Both the position numbers and the translations under genes were made by a program. Under the pieces are notes generated by a model. That model had not been told where the DNA came from. It worked only from the letters and a program-made list of their open reading frames with translations, and searched no databases. From a virus, in IMG/VR virus record IMGVR_UViG_3300045988_083627, positions 1 to 52,269 of that record: DNA of 52,269 nt; one strand, given 5' to 3'. Positions 7,806 through 17,000 of the stretch are shown one piece after another; position 1 is the first letter of the stretch, and every line of letters begins with the position of its first letter.

Positions 7806-8286
7806 GTTTCCTACAGGAGCCCGCTGCGCCGCCCAACATCTGGTGTCCCGCATGTTCACCGACGCCATCTTCTCACAGGACATCAGGACCATCGAGGTCA
7901 TCATCAACCGCATCGATGGAGGCAATCCTAGAGATGATCAGATGTCGAGCTTGCAGACGCTGTTCGGCGACGCCATCAACCGCATCCTTGAGATCGAAGA
8001 CCCGCGCGAGCTGAAGGTGACTCCCGATGACTCTGTGATGGATGCCCTCTGCAAGAGCCTCTATGATCTGGCAGCGCAGGACATCTACCACGAGGAAGAC
8101 GAGGAGGGCAACATCAAGACGAAGCGCCCGTCAGCTGAGACGAAGAAGTCTCACGAGGCAGCCCTGCGCATCATCATCGAGAGATCACAGGGTAGAAAGA
8201 CCACTCCGACATTGGTCGAAGAATTGCCGGAAATAAAAAAAGCAGATTGGCTTTTGTCGTTGGATTCTTCTTCCGAAGTGGTATAA
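7669..8286 (+). CDS. hypothetical protein (205 aa)
   Basis: GAGGAGA ribosome-binding site 7 nt before ATG at 7669; +1 frame relative to 7176..7805. Confidence 0.5.
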   Translation: MEKIHSDLVPTIAATSARSLDEQILEMARSKMGQVVRMADTVPRAEFPTGARCAAQHLVSRMFTDAIFSQDIRTIEVIINRIDGGNPRDDQMSSLQTLFGDAINRILEIEDPRELKVTPDDSVMDALCKSLYDLAAQDIYHEEDEEGNIKTKRPSAETKKSHEAALRIIIERSQGRKTTPTLVEELPEIKKADWLLSLDSSSEVV

Positions 8287-8301
8287 TAAAGCCATGGCTT
8301 T
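8260..8301 (+). promoter_or_regulatory. sigma70-like promoter (TTGGAT, 16-nt spacer, TGgTATAAT) overlapping the stop of the upstream gene, followed by the perfect 14-bp palindrome AAAGCCATGGCTTT at the predicted +1
   Basis: -35 at 8260-8265 and -10 at 8282-8287 with a TG extension; palindrome at 8288-8301; a 135-nt leader runs to the helicase gene. Confidence 0.4.
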
Positions 8302-8431
8302 TGCAGAAGCCAGTTCCTTTCTTTCCGTGTCTTGGGAACAGGGGCAGACGATTAGCCAAGGCCGAGTCCGACGGGGTTCGGCCTACTGCCTCCAAGAGAT
8401 ACGGAAGACTTAGTGACACGGAGACAATATC

Positions 8432-9595
8432 ATGAGAACAAGAGAATTCAGAGAGTGGCTTTACGAACCGTCGTTCGAGGAGTCGGTGTGTGCCAACCCG
8501 TTCCACGACATTGCTAAGAAGGTGTTCGACGGGTATTCTTCCATGGATCCGTTCCAGCCTGATCCTGATGATGTGAGGACGAAGGTATCCCAACTGATCA
8601 AGGCCGGGCTCATCATCCTCGAAGGCGATGTGGTCTACGTCAAAGAGCACGACGACCTTCATCCTTTGAACGAGGCCATCGATCTTCTAGCATACTATCT
8701 CCACTCAGACTCAAGAGAAGCCCACAAAGCGGCAGACATCCTTGAGACGAACTTCCAGGGGTATTTCCCTGTGACCCAGCATAAGGTACTGAGAGACGCT
8801 GTGTGCGTATCCGACAACGGCATCGACCGCGTTTACGATCTGAAGACGTTGACTCAGGTCGATCCGCAGGGTTTGCTCCCGGAGTTCGGCAAGTCGGAGG
8901 TCGTTGAGGACAGGTTCTTTCCTATCGCCAATTACTTCGCTCTCATCAACCAGGCGGTAGGCGAACCGTGGTTCTTCGAGAAGATGCTCCTCTACCCGTT
9001 CACCCAGCGCATCCGCGAGAAATCCCACGTTCTCGTCGGAGGCGGCGGTAACGGCAAGTCCCTTTTCATGAAGATGGTGCAGCGCCTTTACGGACAGAAG
9101 GCGTTCACCGATGCGCCTCAGCCGAACTTCTCGGGGCACAGCGCAGGTGTCATCTCCTACAACTTCGTAGGAAAGCGCGTCGTCACCTTCAACGACGTAG
9201 GTAATCCGTCTGCCCAGTTCCTCGAATGGATGAAGCGCATGATCACCGGTAACTTGGAAGTCAAGACGCCGACGGGCCAATGGCTCTCGATTCCTTGCCG
9301 GGCGAACTTCTTCATGGAGACCAACCACACTCCCGAGATCCTGGACCTGGAGGCCCACAGGCGTCGCTTCATCATCAGGGAGTTCGACTCCGACTTCAGG
9401 CTCGCCGATTGGATGTCGCCCGAGGAGCTCGACACCATCGGCGACCGAGGCGAGGTAACGGCAGCAGACCTCGTCGTGTATCTTCTTCAAGTGAAGGATC
9501 AGATCGATGACTGGACCGAGTTCGGTCCTGAGCCTCCGTCAGAAGGCGATAAGATGGTGGAACTGGTCAAGAAGCAGATGGGAGAAGACGAATGA
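8432..9595 (+). CDS. SF3 / D5-like helicase NTPase (P4-alpha or poxvirus-D5 type P-loop, GGGGNGKS)
   Basis: Walker A motif VLVGGGGNGKSLF is typical of D5_N/primase-C helicases. Confidence 0.7.
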   Translation: MRTREFREWLYEPSFEESVCANPFHDIAKKVFDGYSSMDPFQPDPDDVRTKVSQLIKAGLIILEGDVVYVKEHDDLHPLNEAIDLLAYYLHSDSREAHKAADILETNFQGYFPVTQHKVLRDAVCVSDNGIDRVYDLKTLTQVDPQGLLPEFGKSEVVEDRFFPIANYFALINQAVGEPWFFEKMLLYPFTQRIREKSHVLVGGGGNGKSLFMKMVQRLYGQKAFTDAPQPNFSGHSAGVISYNFVGKRVVTFNDVGNPSAQFLEWMKRMITGNLEVKTPTGQWLSIPCRANFFMETNHTPEILDLEAHRRRFIIREFDSDFRLADWMSPEELDTIGDRGEVTAADLVVYLLQVKDQIDDWTEFGPEPPSEGDKMVELVKKQMGEDE

Positions 9596-9756
9596 CAATC
9601 ATTGATGTTGTGGGCATCGCAACCGTGTTCATCGTTGCCGTGGTGGTCATCGTATCTAATGTCGTTATAGCCCGCTCAGGGTGCCGCATAAACCGCGAGC
9701 TATGCGAATATATAGAGAAGATGAAGGGTGAACAGACGGGAGAAGACGATGAGTAA
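9592..9756 (+). CDS. small membrane protein (54 aa, one TM helix), below track threshold
   Basis: ATGA overlap with the helicase stop; hydrophobic core IATVFIVAVVVIV. Confidence 0.35.
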   Translation: MTIIDVVGIATVFIVAVVVIVSNVVIARSGCRINRELCEYIEKMKGEQTGEDDE

Positions 9757-9925
9757 AATCGACTCGATTGTATGCACGACGCTCTATACTGAGCTTGTGA
9801 CCGTCATCGATGTCTTCAGGTGCGAAAACTGCGGGCACAAGTATGTGGAAGTCTTCGACCTCGCAGAAGGATACAAGTATTGCCCTTATTGCAAAGCCAA
9901 GGTCGGTGAAGACGATGCCTCTTAA
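9749..9925 (+). CDS. zinc-ribbon protein (58 aa, CxxC...CxxC)
   Basis: GGGAGAAG ribosome-binding site before ATG at 9749; CENCG...CPYC. Confidence 0.5.
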   Translation: MSKIDSIVCTTLYTELVTVIDVFRCENCGHKYVEVFDLAEGYKYCPYCKAKVGEDDAS

Positions 9926-10226
9926 TCCATACGACACTGGAAAGCCTAAGAGGGAATATGCGAAGCTTAAGCCGAAATGGGTTCCCAAGCATGAGGAACC
10001 GAAGATACAGAAGAAGCCGCTACGTCCCATGGTCGATGCTGACTCGGTCAAGCGGGACGTCTGGAAGTGGGAAGCCAAGCTCGCGGACCAGACATCGATA
10101 GACGGCTATGTAAAGGGCATCACCATCGCATCAGCCGCATTCGCAGCAGGACGAGAGCTTATGAGGGTCTACGGCACCAATGACGTAGACGTGTTGACTG
10201 TGAGGCACCCCAATGCCGAGACCTAA
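9915..10226 (+). CDS. hypothetical basic protein (103 aa)
   Basis: ATG overlaps the upstream TAA; in frame with track ORF 9810..10226. Confidence 0.45.
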   Translation: MPLNPYDTGKPKREYAKLKPKWVPKHEEPKIQKKPLRPMVDADSVKRDVWKWEAKLADQTSIDGYVKGITIASAAFAAGRELMRVYGTNDVDVLTVRHPNAET

Positions 10227-10461
10227 ATACCTACCGCCTCCTCCGCTCGAAGTAACCTTATGCCGCGACTGCGAGCACTGTCCTCCTCCGAAAGCTGTCG
10301 TCAGAGTCAGGGACAAGAAGCGCTACACTACGATATGTTCGCTCCATGGAAACTGGATCGGGCTTGAGAGCGCGACTTGCGAGGACGGGACGAACAAGAA
10401 GCGGTTCGGCAAGCAGCCGACTAAGCCGCTAAGGTCCGAGACTGGATGGGAGGATTACTGA
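10213..10461 (+). CDS. hypothetical small protein (82 aa, Cys-containing)
   Basis: ORF with a short overlap to its neighbours. Confidence 0.4.
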   Translation: MPRPKYLPPPPLEVTLCRDCEHCPPPKAVVRVRDKKRYTTICSLHGNWIGLESATCEDGTNKKRFGKQPTKPLRSETGWEDY

Positions 10462-10667
10462 TGGATTCTACCTACCTTAGGCGTTGTTGCGATGTGGTAA
10501 GATGCTCTCGATGCGTGTACTACGAAACTGACTTAGGTTGCACGCATCCTGTGGTAAGAGCGCCCAAGAAAACGATTGGGTGCGATCACGGAGAGACATT
10601 TGAAATGGTAAGAGAAAGGGAGCAGCGTGAAGCAGAAAGAGCAGACGATTCAGATCAGGTACGGTAA
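10461..10667 (+). CDS. small Cys-rich protein (68 aa from ATG 10461)
   Basis: GGAGGA ribosome-binding site 6 nt upstream; TGATG overlap. Confidence 0.4.
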   Translation: MDSTYLRRCCDVVRCSRCVYYETDLGCTHPVVRAPKKTIGCDHGETFEMVREREQREAERADDSDQVR

Positions 10668-11058
10668 GAACGCATTTCCGCCTGAGCGGCACGGAGAATG
10701 GATCGACCTAGCGATTCCTGAAGCGGTCCATATGGAGCGAGGCGAGTTCCGCATCCTGCCGTTCAACATCTCGATGAAGCTGCCTGACGGATATGAAGGC
10801 CATATCGTACCGAGGTCCTCAACGTGCAAGAACTGGGGATTGCTTATGGCTGACAGTATGGGGATCATCGAGAACGATTATTGCGGCGACGATGATGTCT
10901 GGGGCTTTCCTGCTTATGCTACGCGAACCGTCACTATTCCCGAGGGGACGAGGATCGCACAGTTCCGCATCGAGCGGATCATGGGTCCGATCAAGTTCGA
11001 GGCTGTGCCCACGCTTGGCTATGAGAATCGAGGCGGCTATGGCAGCACCGGAAAGTAA
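10627..11058 (+). CDS. dut: dUTP diphosphatase (dUTPase), GTG start
   Basis: Motif III GIIENDYCGDDD and motif V RGGYGSTGK; AAAGGGAG ribosome-binding site before the GTG. Confidence 0.85.
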   Translation: MKQKEQTIQIRYGKNAFPPERHGEWIDLAIPEAVHMERGEFRILPFNISMKLPDGYEGHIVPRSSTCKNWGLLMADSMGIIENDYCGDDDVWGFPAYATRTVTIPEGTRIAQFRIERIMGPIKFEAVPTLGYENRGGYGSTGK

Positions 11059-11230
11059 CTGCTCGTACTGTCGGGGCAACGACCTGCTGTTCAAGCGAAA
11101 CAATGTGAAGATCTGGGTCGATGGAAACCTCCGGTTGTTCGATCCGAAGAGCAAGATCAACACTGACATCGACATCAACTACTGTCCTATGTGCGGAAGA
11201 AAGGTTGAGAAATGTACGTCTGCGGAGTAG
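11039..11230 (+). CDS. small zinc-ribbon protein (63 aa, CSYC...CPMC)
   Basis: ATG overlaps the dut stop; lies in the frame of track ORF 10793..11230. Confidence 0.4.
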   Translation: MAAPESNCSYCRGNDLLFKRNNVKIWVDGNLRLFDPKSKINTDIDINYCPMCGRKVEKCTSAE

Positions 11231-11763
11231 ATACCAAGGTGCTTATTGAGAACATCGATGATAGGATCGAATATGGTCTTGAAGTTGATCGACAGACTCT
11301 TGGTGTTCTTTTGGGATTGGGAATTGACGAGTGTTACGATAGCGCTACTTGGTCGGCTCTTCGGGACCTAATCTATGAGATGAACGAAATGTGTCGAACC
11401 AAGCTAGATGACCTAGCTTGCGATATTAAGGAAGCCCCTATCGACACCAACGATCACAAACATCGAACAGAAGATGTTAATAGCAGTCCGACTTGCGACG
11501 TCAAGGATAAGAAAGATACCGAGGATCACTTCACCTACGATGATATCACGTACCCCCTTCACTACGCAGGGAACAACAAGATCACGTGCAAGGATGCCTT
11601 AAACTCCATGATGTGCCCGCTAGAAGCAGCCATCACTCCGAAGATCGGGTATTGGCTTGGCTGTGCGTTCAAGTATCTGTGGCGTGCCTTTCTCAAAGGT
11701 GATCCTAAGAAAGACCTTCTGAAGTGCAAGCAGTGCATCAACGAAATGCTTAATCTGATGTAG
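11212..11763 (+). CDS. DUF3310-family phage protein (C-terminal YPLHYAG...GCAFKYLWRA...DLLKC signature)
   Basis: The C-terminal region matches the DUF3310 consensus from memory. Confidence 0.55.
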   Translation: MYVCGVDTKVLIENIDDRIEYGLEVDRQTLGVLLGLGIDECYDSATWSALRDLIYEMNEMCRTKLDDLACDIKEAPIDTNDHKHRTEDVNSSPTCDVKDKKDTEDHFTYDDITYPLHYAGNNKITCKDALNSMMCPLEAAITPKIGYWLGCAFKYLWRAFLKGDPKKDLLKCKQCINEMLNLM

Positions 11764-11765
11764 CT

Positions 11766-11774
11766 TGCTATAAT
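11766..11774 (+). promoter_or_regulatory. extended -10 promoter element TGcTATAAT at the boundary where the low-GC cargo cassette begins
   Basis: TG at 11766-11767 and TATAAT at 11769-11774; GGAGGAG ribosome-binding site and ATG at 11806 downstream. Confidence 0.3.
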
Positions 11775-11805
11775 TGTCTTCAAAGCGAGAAGCGGAGGAG
11801 ACATC

Positions 11806-12120
11806 ATGCCTATTACAAAGATCAATTCATACGACTCTGACGAGGTGTTTAAGCAGAAGTGCAACGAGAACTTCTCGGACATCAACGCCAGAGTCGTTTC
11901 GCGTACTAGTTCTTTACCGGGCTCTACAGTTGGTTCCACAGGGTTCGGCAGCTTTAACGACGTATATCCTATAGGTTCGGTAATTTGCACTACGAAATGG
12001 GCGGAAGACAAAGACAGTCGACTTCAAATTGGCACATGGCGTTATTTAGGATCAAGCATATTTGATGCTAATAACTCGAAAGTTTCTTATCCTGTGCAAT
12101 TCTATGAAAGGATCGCCTAA
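11806..12120 (+). CDS. hypothetical protein (104 aa), first gene of the low-GC cassette
   Basis: GGAGGAG ribosome-binding site before the ATG. Confidence 0.5.
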   Translation: MPITKINSYDSDEVFKQKCNENFSDINARVVSRTSSLPGSTVGSTGFGSFNDVYPIGSVICTTKWAEDKDSRLQIGTWRYLGSSIFDANNSKVSYPVQFYERIA

Positions 12121-14051
12121 TGGGAGTTTGGGACACCATCTTAGATCCATCAACGCTTCTCGCATCGATAAATGAAAAGCTTCTAGATAAAGCTGATAAC
12201 TTTAATCCGGAAAACTTTTCTAAAGATACCAAACAAAGAACTGAAGTTCAAAATCAATTAGTCAGTTCATACGGTAAACCTGATATGCCTGAAGATGTCG
12301 CTATGACCAGGCCGACAGTCATCAAGCCGTTAATCCCAGATAGCATCAAGAGCACAAAAGAACTTGATGAGCTAACTAAATATATGCCTTATGATGTTAA
12401 GTATTCAACTAGAGATAACATCATGCGAAACGGTGGAAATTTAAGCCCTGATGTTCAAAGTCTAGTTGCTCAGTATAGAGAGCCTCAAAAGAACTGGCTT
12501 GAGCAAACTGCTCCTAAAGCTGATGTTATTGCTGATCCTGAACACGAAGGCAGAGTCAGTTTCAATTATTCTGACTTAGATGAGTATGCGAACAATGCAG
12601 TAATGGATCCAGATACCGGGTTGTATCAAATGGCTCCTACACCAGGTAAAGGCGCCGAGCAATTGAACGATAAGATTGCCGAAGGTGTTCATTCTTTCTA
12701 CAGGACTGTTGGTCGGATGCCAACGATTGCCGCTAATCAAATTTGGGGAGAGCCTGAGTATGCCTATAACATGCCATCGGGAAATAGGGCAACTATTGAA
12801 GACTTGAATAATTTCGAAGGACTTATGAACAATAGTTCTTATCTTTTGGCAAAAAATGAGAATGATGAGACTCAGCTATATGACGATCCAGAAAATGCGT
12901 ATCTACAGTTGCCTAGTGGAAACTGGGTTAAGACATATGATGCTGATGAAAATTTCCTTCCTAATGTAAATTATGGAAACTCAATTGATGACACCACACT
13001 TACCTTCAATGATTCCGATGATGTTCTTCCACTTAGAGACTTTTTGGATATCGAGGAAAATCAGCAATATGGAAAGCCAGTTAAAGATTGGGAGGAGCAG
13101 CAGATTCCAGAAGAGCTTCTCCCTAACTCTAATATAACTTGGTCAGAGCTTCTTGATCTCTACGGAAACAAGGACTATACGCCGACTCAGCAAAATCTTG
13201 GCTTCATGAATCTGAACAAAGAGCGCGTAGCAAAATCAGGAGAAGACAACGGAAGTTCTCTCGATAAGATTAAGGACGCACTTCCTGAAGATTTACTTGA
13301 AGGAGACATAAGCGGAGTCCCCAAATGGTTTGCCGACGTCGGGGCCTCATCGCTTCCTTATATGCTAGGACCAATTGGTATAGTCAATGCTCTTATATCA
13401 GGTTCAGCTGATTCCTATCTAGCCAGTCGTGGAATTGATCCAAACTCGTACGATCCCGATACGAGAACTTTTGAAGAGCCGAACGAGGAAACTAATTTAC
13501 AACGAGGACTTAGATCAGCCGGAGCCTTCATAGATCCGACTATTGATGCTTTCGTTGGTGTCGGTAGTGCTAAGCTAGCAAAACATAAAACTCTCCGAAA
13601 TTTCGAAAAAGCAATTCAGGGAGACGAAAAAGCCTTGAAGAACATTGTCAAGGAGCAAAAGAAGATGGACTATCCGATAGTTCCATTGCTGAAAGATAGC
13701 TTAGCTGAAGGCTGGGAAGAAGTACCGGGGCAGTATTTGCAGCATTTAGGAGAGGTTAGTCCAGAGAATGCTGGTCTCAATAAGAACGAAGATGGATCAT
13801 TCGACGAATCGACACCGCTCCAAGAAAGAATTGCAAACGAAGTTTTTGGACATATGGCACCAGATTTTCTTGGAGGAGCACTTTTTGGTGGAGCCTTGGG
13901 CGCAAGAAAACTTCCAGCTGCTATTATGAAAACAAAAGATTCTATGAAGACCAAAAAAGAAAAGTTCAAGGATTATCAAGAAGGAACTGAGGATCGGAAT
14001 CTATCTCCTGCTATTTATCAAACCTTGAAAGATTTAGAGAAAGAGGAATAA
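12120..14051 (+). CDS. large virion/internal (ejected cargo) protein candidate, 643 aa
   Basis: TAATG coupling; low GC; Gly-rich hydrophobic C-terminal segments; sits immediately upstream of the RNAP-like giant gene. Confidence 0.55.
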   Translation: MGVWDTILDPSTLLASINEKLLDKADNFNPENFSKDTKQRTEVQNQLVSSYGKPDMPEDVAMTRPTVIKPLIPDSIKSTKELDELTKYMPYDVKYSTRDNIMRNGGNLSPDVQSLVAQYREPQKNWLEQTAPKADVIADPEHEGRVSFNYSDLDEYANNAVMDPDTGLYQMAPTPGKGAEQLNDKIAEGVHSFYRTVGRMPTIAANQIWGEPEYAYNMPSGNRATIEDLNNFEGLMNNSSYLLAKNENDETQLYDDPENAYLQLPSGNWVKTYDADENFLPNVNYGNSIDDTTLTFNDSDDVLPLRDFLDIEENQQYGKPVKDWEEQQIPEELLPNSNITWSELLDLYGNKDYTPTQQNLGFMNLNKERVAKSGEDNGSSLDKIKDALPEDLLEGDISGVPKWFADVGASSLPYMLGPIGIVNALISGSADSYLASRGIDPNSYDPDTRTFEEPNEETNLQRGLRSAGAFIDPTIDAFVGVGSAKLAKHKTLRNFEKAIQGDEKALKNIVKEQKKMDYPIVPLLKDSLAEGWEEVPGQYLQHLGEVSPENAGLNKNEDGSFDESTPLQERIANEVFGHMAPDFLGGALFGGALGARKLPAAIMKTKDSMKTKKEKFKDYQEGTEDRNLSPAIYQTLKDLEKEE

Positions 14052-14054
14052 ATT

Positions 14055-17000
14055 ATGGGAGGCTTTAGTCAAGACACTCATGTCAATGAAAATTTGGTAG
14101 GAGCAAACCGAGAGCAAAATCAGGGAAATGCTCTTGAAAATATAGTTGAGTCAGAGGCTAACAAAAAAGTACCGACTCTTGATGTTCAGGTTCCTGAAGC
14201 TCAACCTCAGGCTCAATCGCAACCTCAAGCTCAACCTCAAGCTCAGCCCCAGGCACAACCACAGCCTCCAGCTCAGCCTCCCATGTTCTTTTCTGAGGCC
14301 GATTTTCAGTCGTTTATGGATAAAGCGAATAGTATCCAATCGGCAAGAAGAGAAGAGCCCGTCGATCAAACCGAAGATCAAACACAAGGATTCCTTCGTC
14401 CGTCTGTCGTAGCAGAAGGAATGCAATCAAGCAATCAAGTCCTTTCTGAGGATGAGTTCAATAAGCTCACTCAGGATACCAATAAGAGTCTTGCTGGAGA
14501 TAACAGTCTTGAGCAATACGAATGGAAAGGTCTTCCAGAAGAGACTCGCCAAGCGATTATGAGTGGAGGTTTTCTTACCGGTGACAAGCAGATGGATCAG
14601 ATGCTTATCAACGGATATGCCTCCAAGTGGGCAAATGATCAAGCAAACAAAGCATATGCGCAGATTACAAATGCTCAGCTTGAAAGAGATGCTGCTGCTG
14701 GACACGCCGAGTTCTTGGCGGCTCAAGAACAAAGCGATGCAGAAAAGGCTGCTGAAACAAAGAAGAACAACGAGGACCTGATCATCGCTGGTACATCAAA
14801 TCAAAGAGTCTCTGGTCCTAAGACTTCTATTAGTAATCGCGCTCTTGCAAATTCCGTTGAAGTTCGTAAATCCCAGCTCGAACGATCCCTTGATGATTAT
14901 TCTGAAATGGGTAACGAAGTTCATGCTCAATTGTCTGATAATCATTCAGTGCCGATGGATTCGGTTGGTGTAGGTATTGATTTGCTGATGGCGGCTTATC
15001 TTAATGGTGGAAAAGATATTCGTAATCTTGTTGAAAAATACACAGGATTAACTCCCGAGGATTTATCAGCCAACATCCATGAACTACGATCGGCTCTGTA
15101 CAAAACGTTTTCTTACAAGAACCAAATCAGAGTTCCGACAGCTAAGTATCCTGTATCCGAAGACCCATCTGCACAATCCCGTATTATTATTTGTCATTCA
15201 GGGCAAGGTATTTATGTCCATCCTATTGTCCATAAACAGTATAATGCTGACTTCGACGGCGATGAGATGAACGTTGGATTCGATGAGGAGCGAGGCGCTT
15301 CGATTAAAAAGGCTTCAGACTTCTTCCTTTCCTCAGCTAATAAAGCTTTGTTTGATCCGAGCTTTTTTGGGATGAAAAGAATCTTTGATCCAAAGAGTTT
15401 AGGCAATGATTTCACAATGGTGCTAAAAGAGAAGGATATTGTTAATTTGGTATCCAGTTTCTCTGTAACTTATTTTGACCAAAATTTTAACAATGAACTA
15501 ACTTTCAAGATTTCTAATGATGAAGCGAAGAAGATTGCTCGTTTGGTCAATGAGAATTATCGTTATCAGATCGAAGCGGCTCAAGGAAAAAACGTTGAAG
15601 AACGTTCGATATGGGAAGATCTCATGAGAGAGATTACGAACTATGCTTACAACAGTGTAGCTCTTCCTTATGCTGACCAGGTAGCTTGTCGAATTTTGGA
15701 AAAGCTATACAACCTTTCTTACGATGTGAGAATCTTTGATGCTACTGTACTTGATTACAACAATCAGTATATGGGACCAATGGTTCCCGATCAGTATTCT
15801 ACTGACGATTTGAAACCGATCGAGGTATCAGTACCTGATCCTCCTACAAATTTCCTTGATTTGATGGAGGCTTTCGGGATGCCGATTGGGCGCCGCGAAG
15901 GTAAAAACGTCATCTTCCGTATTACTTCTAATTTTGGTAAAGAGATCAAATCAATCATCGAGACGGCTGCCGATCCTTCTGGATGGATCTCGCCGAACCA
16001 ATGGAAGTCTGTTACTGACGAAGTGTTCACCAAGATGATGTCCAGCAGGATTAGCCATGGTGATAGAAAAGTTGCCGTAAATGCCTATATAAGAAGCAGG
16101 GTCATTAGAGAAGTTGGTGTTCCTAACTTTGGTCTTATCCGCCAAGTTTCGGCGGATGGTGTTGTTACTCAGCAAGGATTTGAGGAGTGGATCAATAACT
16201 TCGCAGCTGCCTACAATAGGATGGCTAACGTCGTAAATGCTGCAAACAGTCAGTTTACTACAGACTTGAAGATCATCAACAAAACTGGTATTGACTATAT
16301 TAAGACAATCAATGTTGATGAGTATGGCACTCCTCTAACTCTTAATGAACTCGCTTCTCCGTTCCTTAAAGTTTACGGTGAATACAAGATGGATCGCCTA
16401 TTTGGTGCCATTTCTATCAAAGCATCCAAACGAGCAGAAATGGCCGAGGATTGGCGTGATTGTTATAACCCGGCAATACACGGTCAGTTCACTTTAGCAC
16501 GATGGATTCAAGTAACTCGCTATGCTTCTGGATCTGTTACTGATAAAAAGGGGATGAACAATGTAAGTCCCAAAGCTGGCCCTGAGACTTTTATTCGAGT
16601 GCTGGCTAATCTTCGTTCAAGTTATGCTTCTCGATTCAACAAGCAATTGGAGGATGCTTTAGATAAAACCGCAAAGCAGCTTCGATTCTTTACCAAGTCG
16701 AACCTTATCAACAATCCAGATTATGTAGCAATATCTGAGGCTATGGCTAACAACCTTATGCTATTGGGTCCAGAAGTCTTTGAATATTTCGGTCTCAATA
16801 CGCTCGATGGGTTCAGGTTCAGTACCTTTGGTCAAGAGCTATTGAATTGCGTAAAAGCTCAACCAGGTTACTCTATGGATCCGAACAAGGCCGCCGATAG
16901 GCTTGGCGGTGTCTGGATGAAGATAATGGCTGCATATAGGCTTGATCCGATTATGAGAGATAAGGCTGCCTGGATTAAAGCGAAGAACACTCCTGGAAAA

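Noticed and set aside
11763-11806. TAG readthrough fusing the DUF3310 gene to the next gene (same frame); likewise 36347 into 36357
   Set aside because: Only 2 of 9 TAG-terminated genes are in frame with their downstream neighbour, which is about chance. Both downstream genes have their own strong ribosome-binding site and ATG.
14195-14285. Short tandem repeat as a possible CRISPR or minisatellite
   Set aside because: It is a 12-nt in-frame coding repeat (QPQA) within the giant gene, with no spacers and no flanking array structure.
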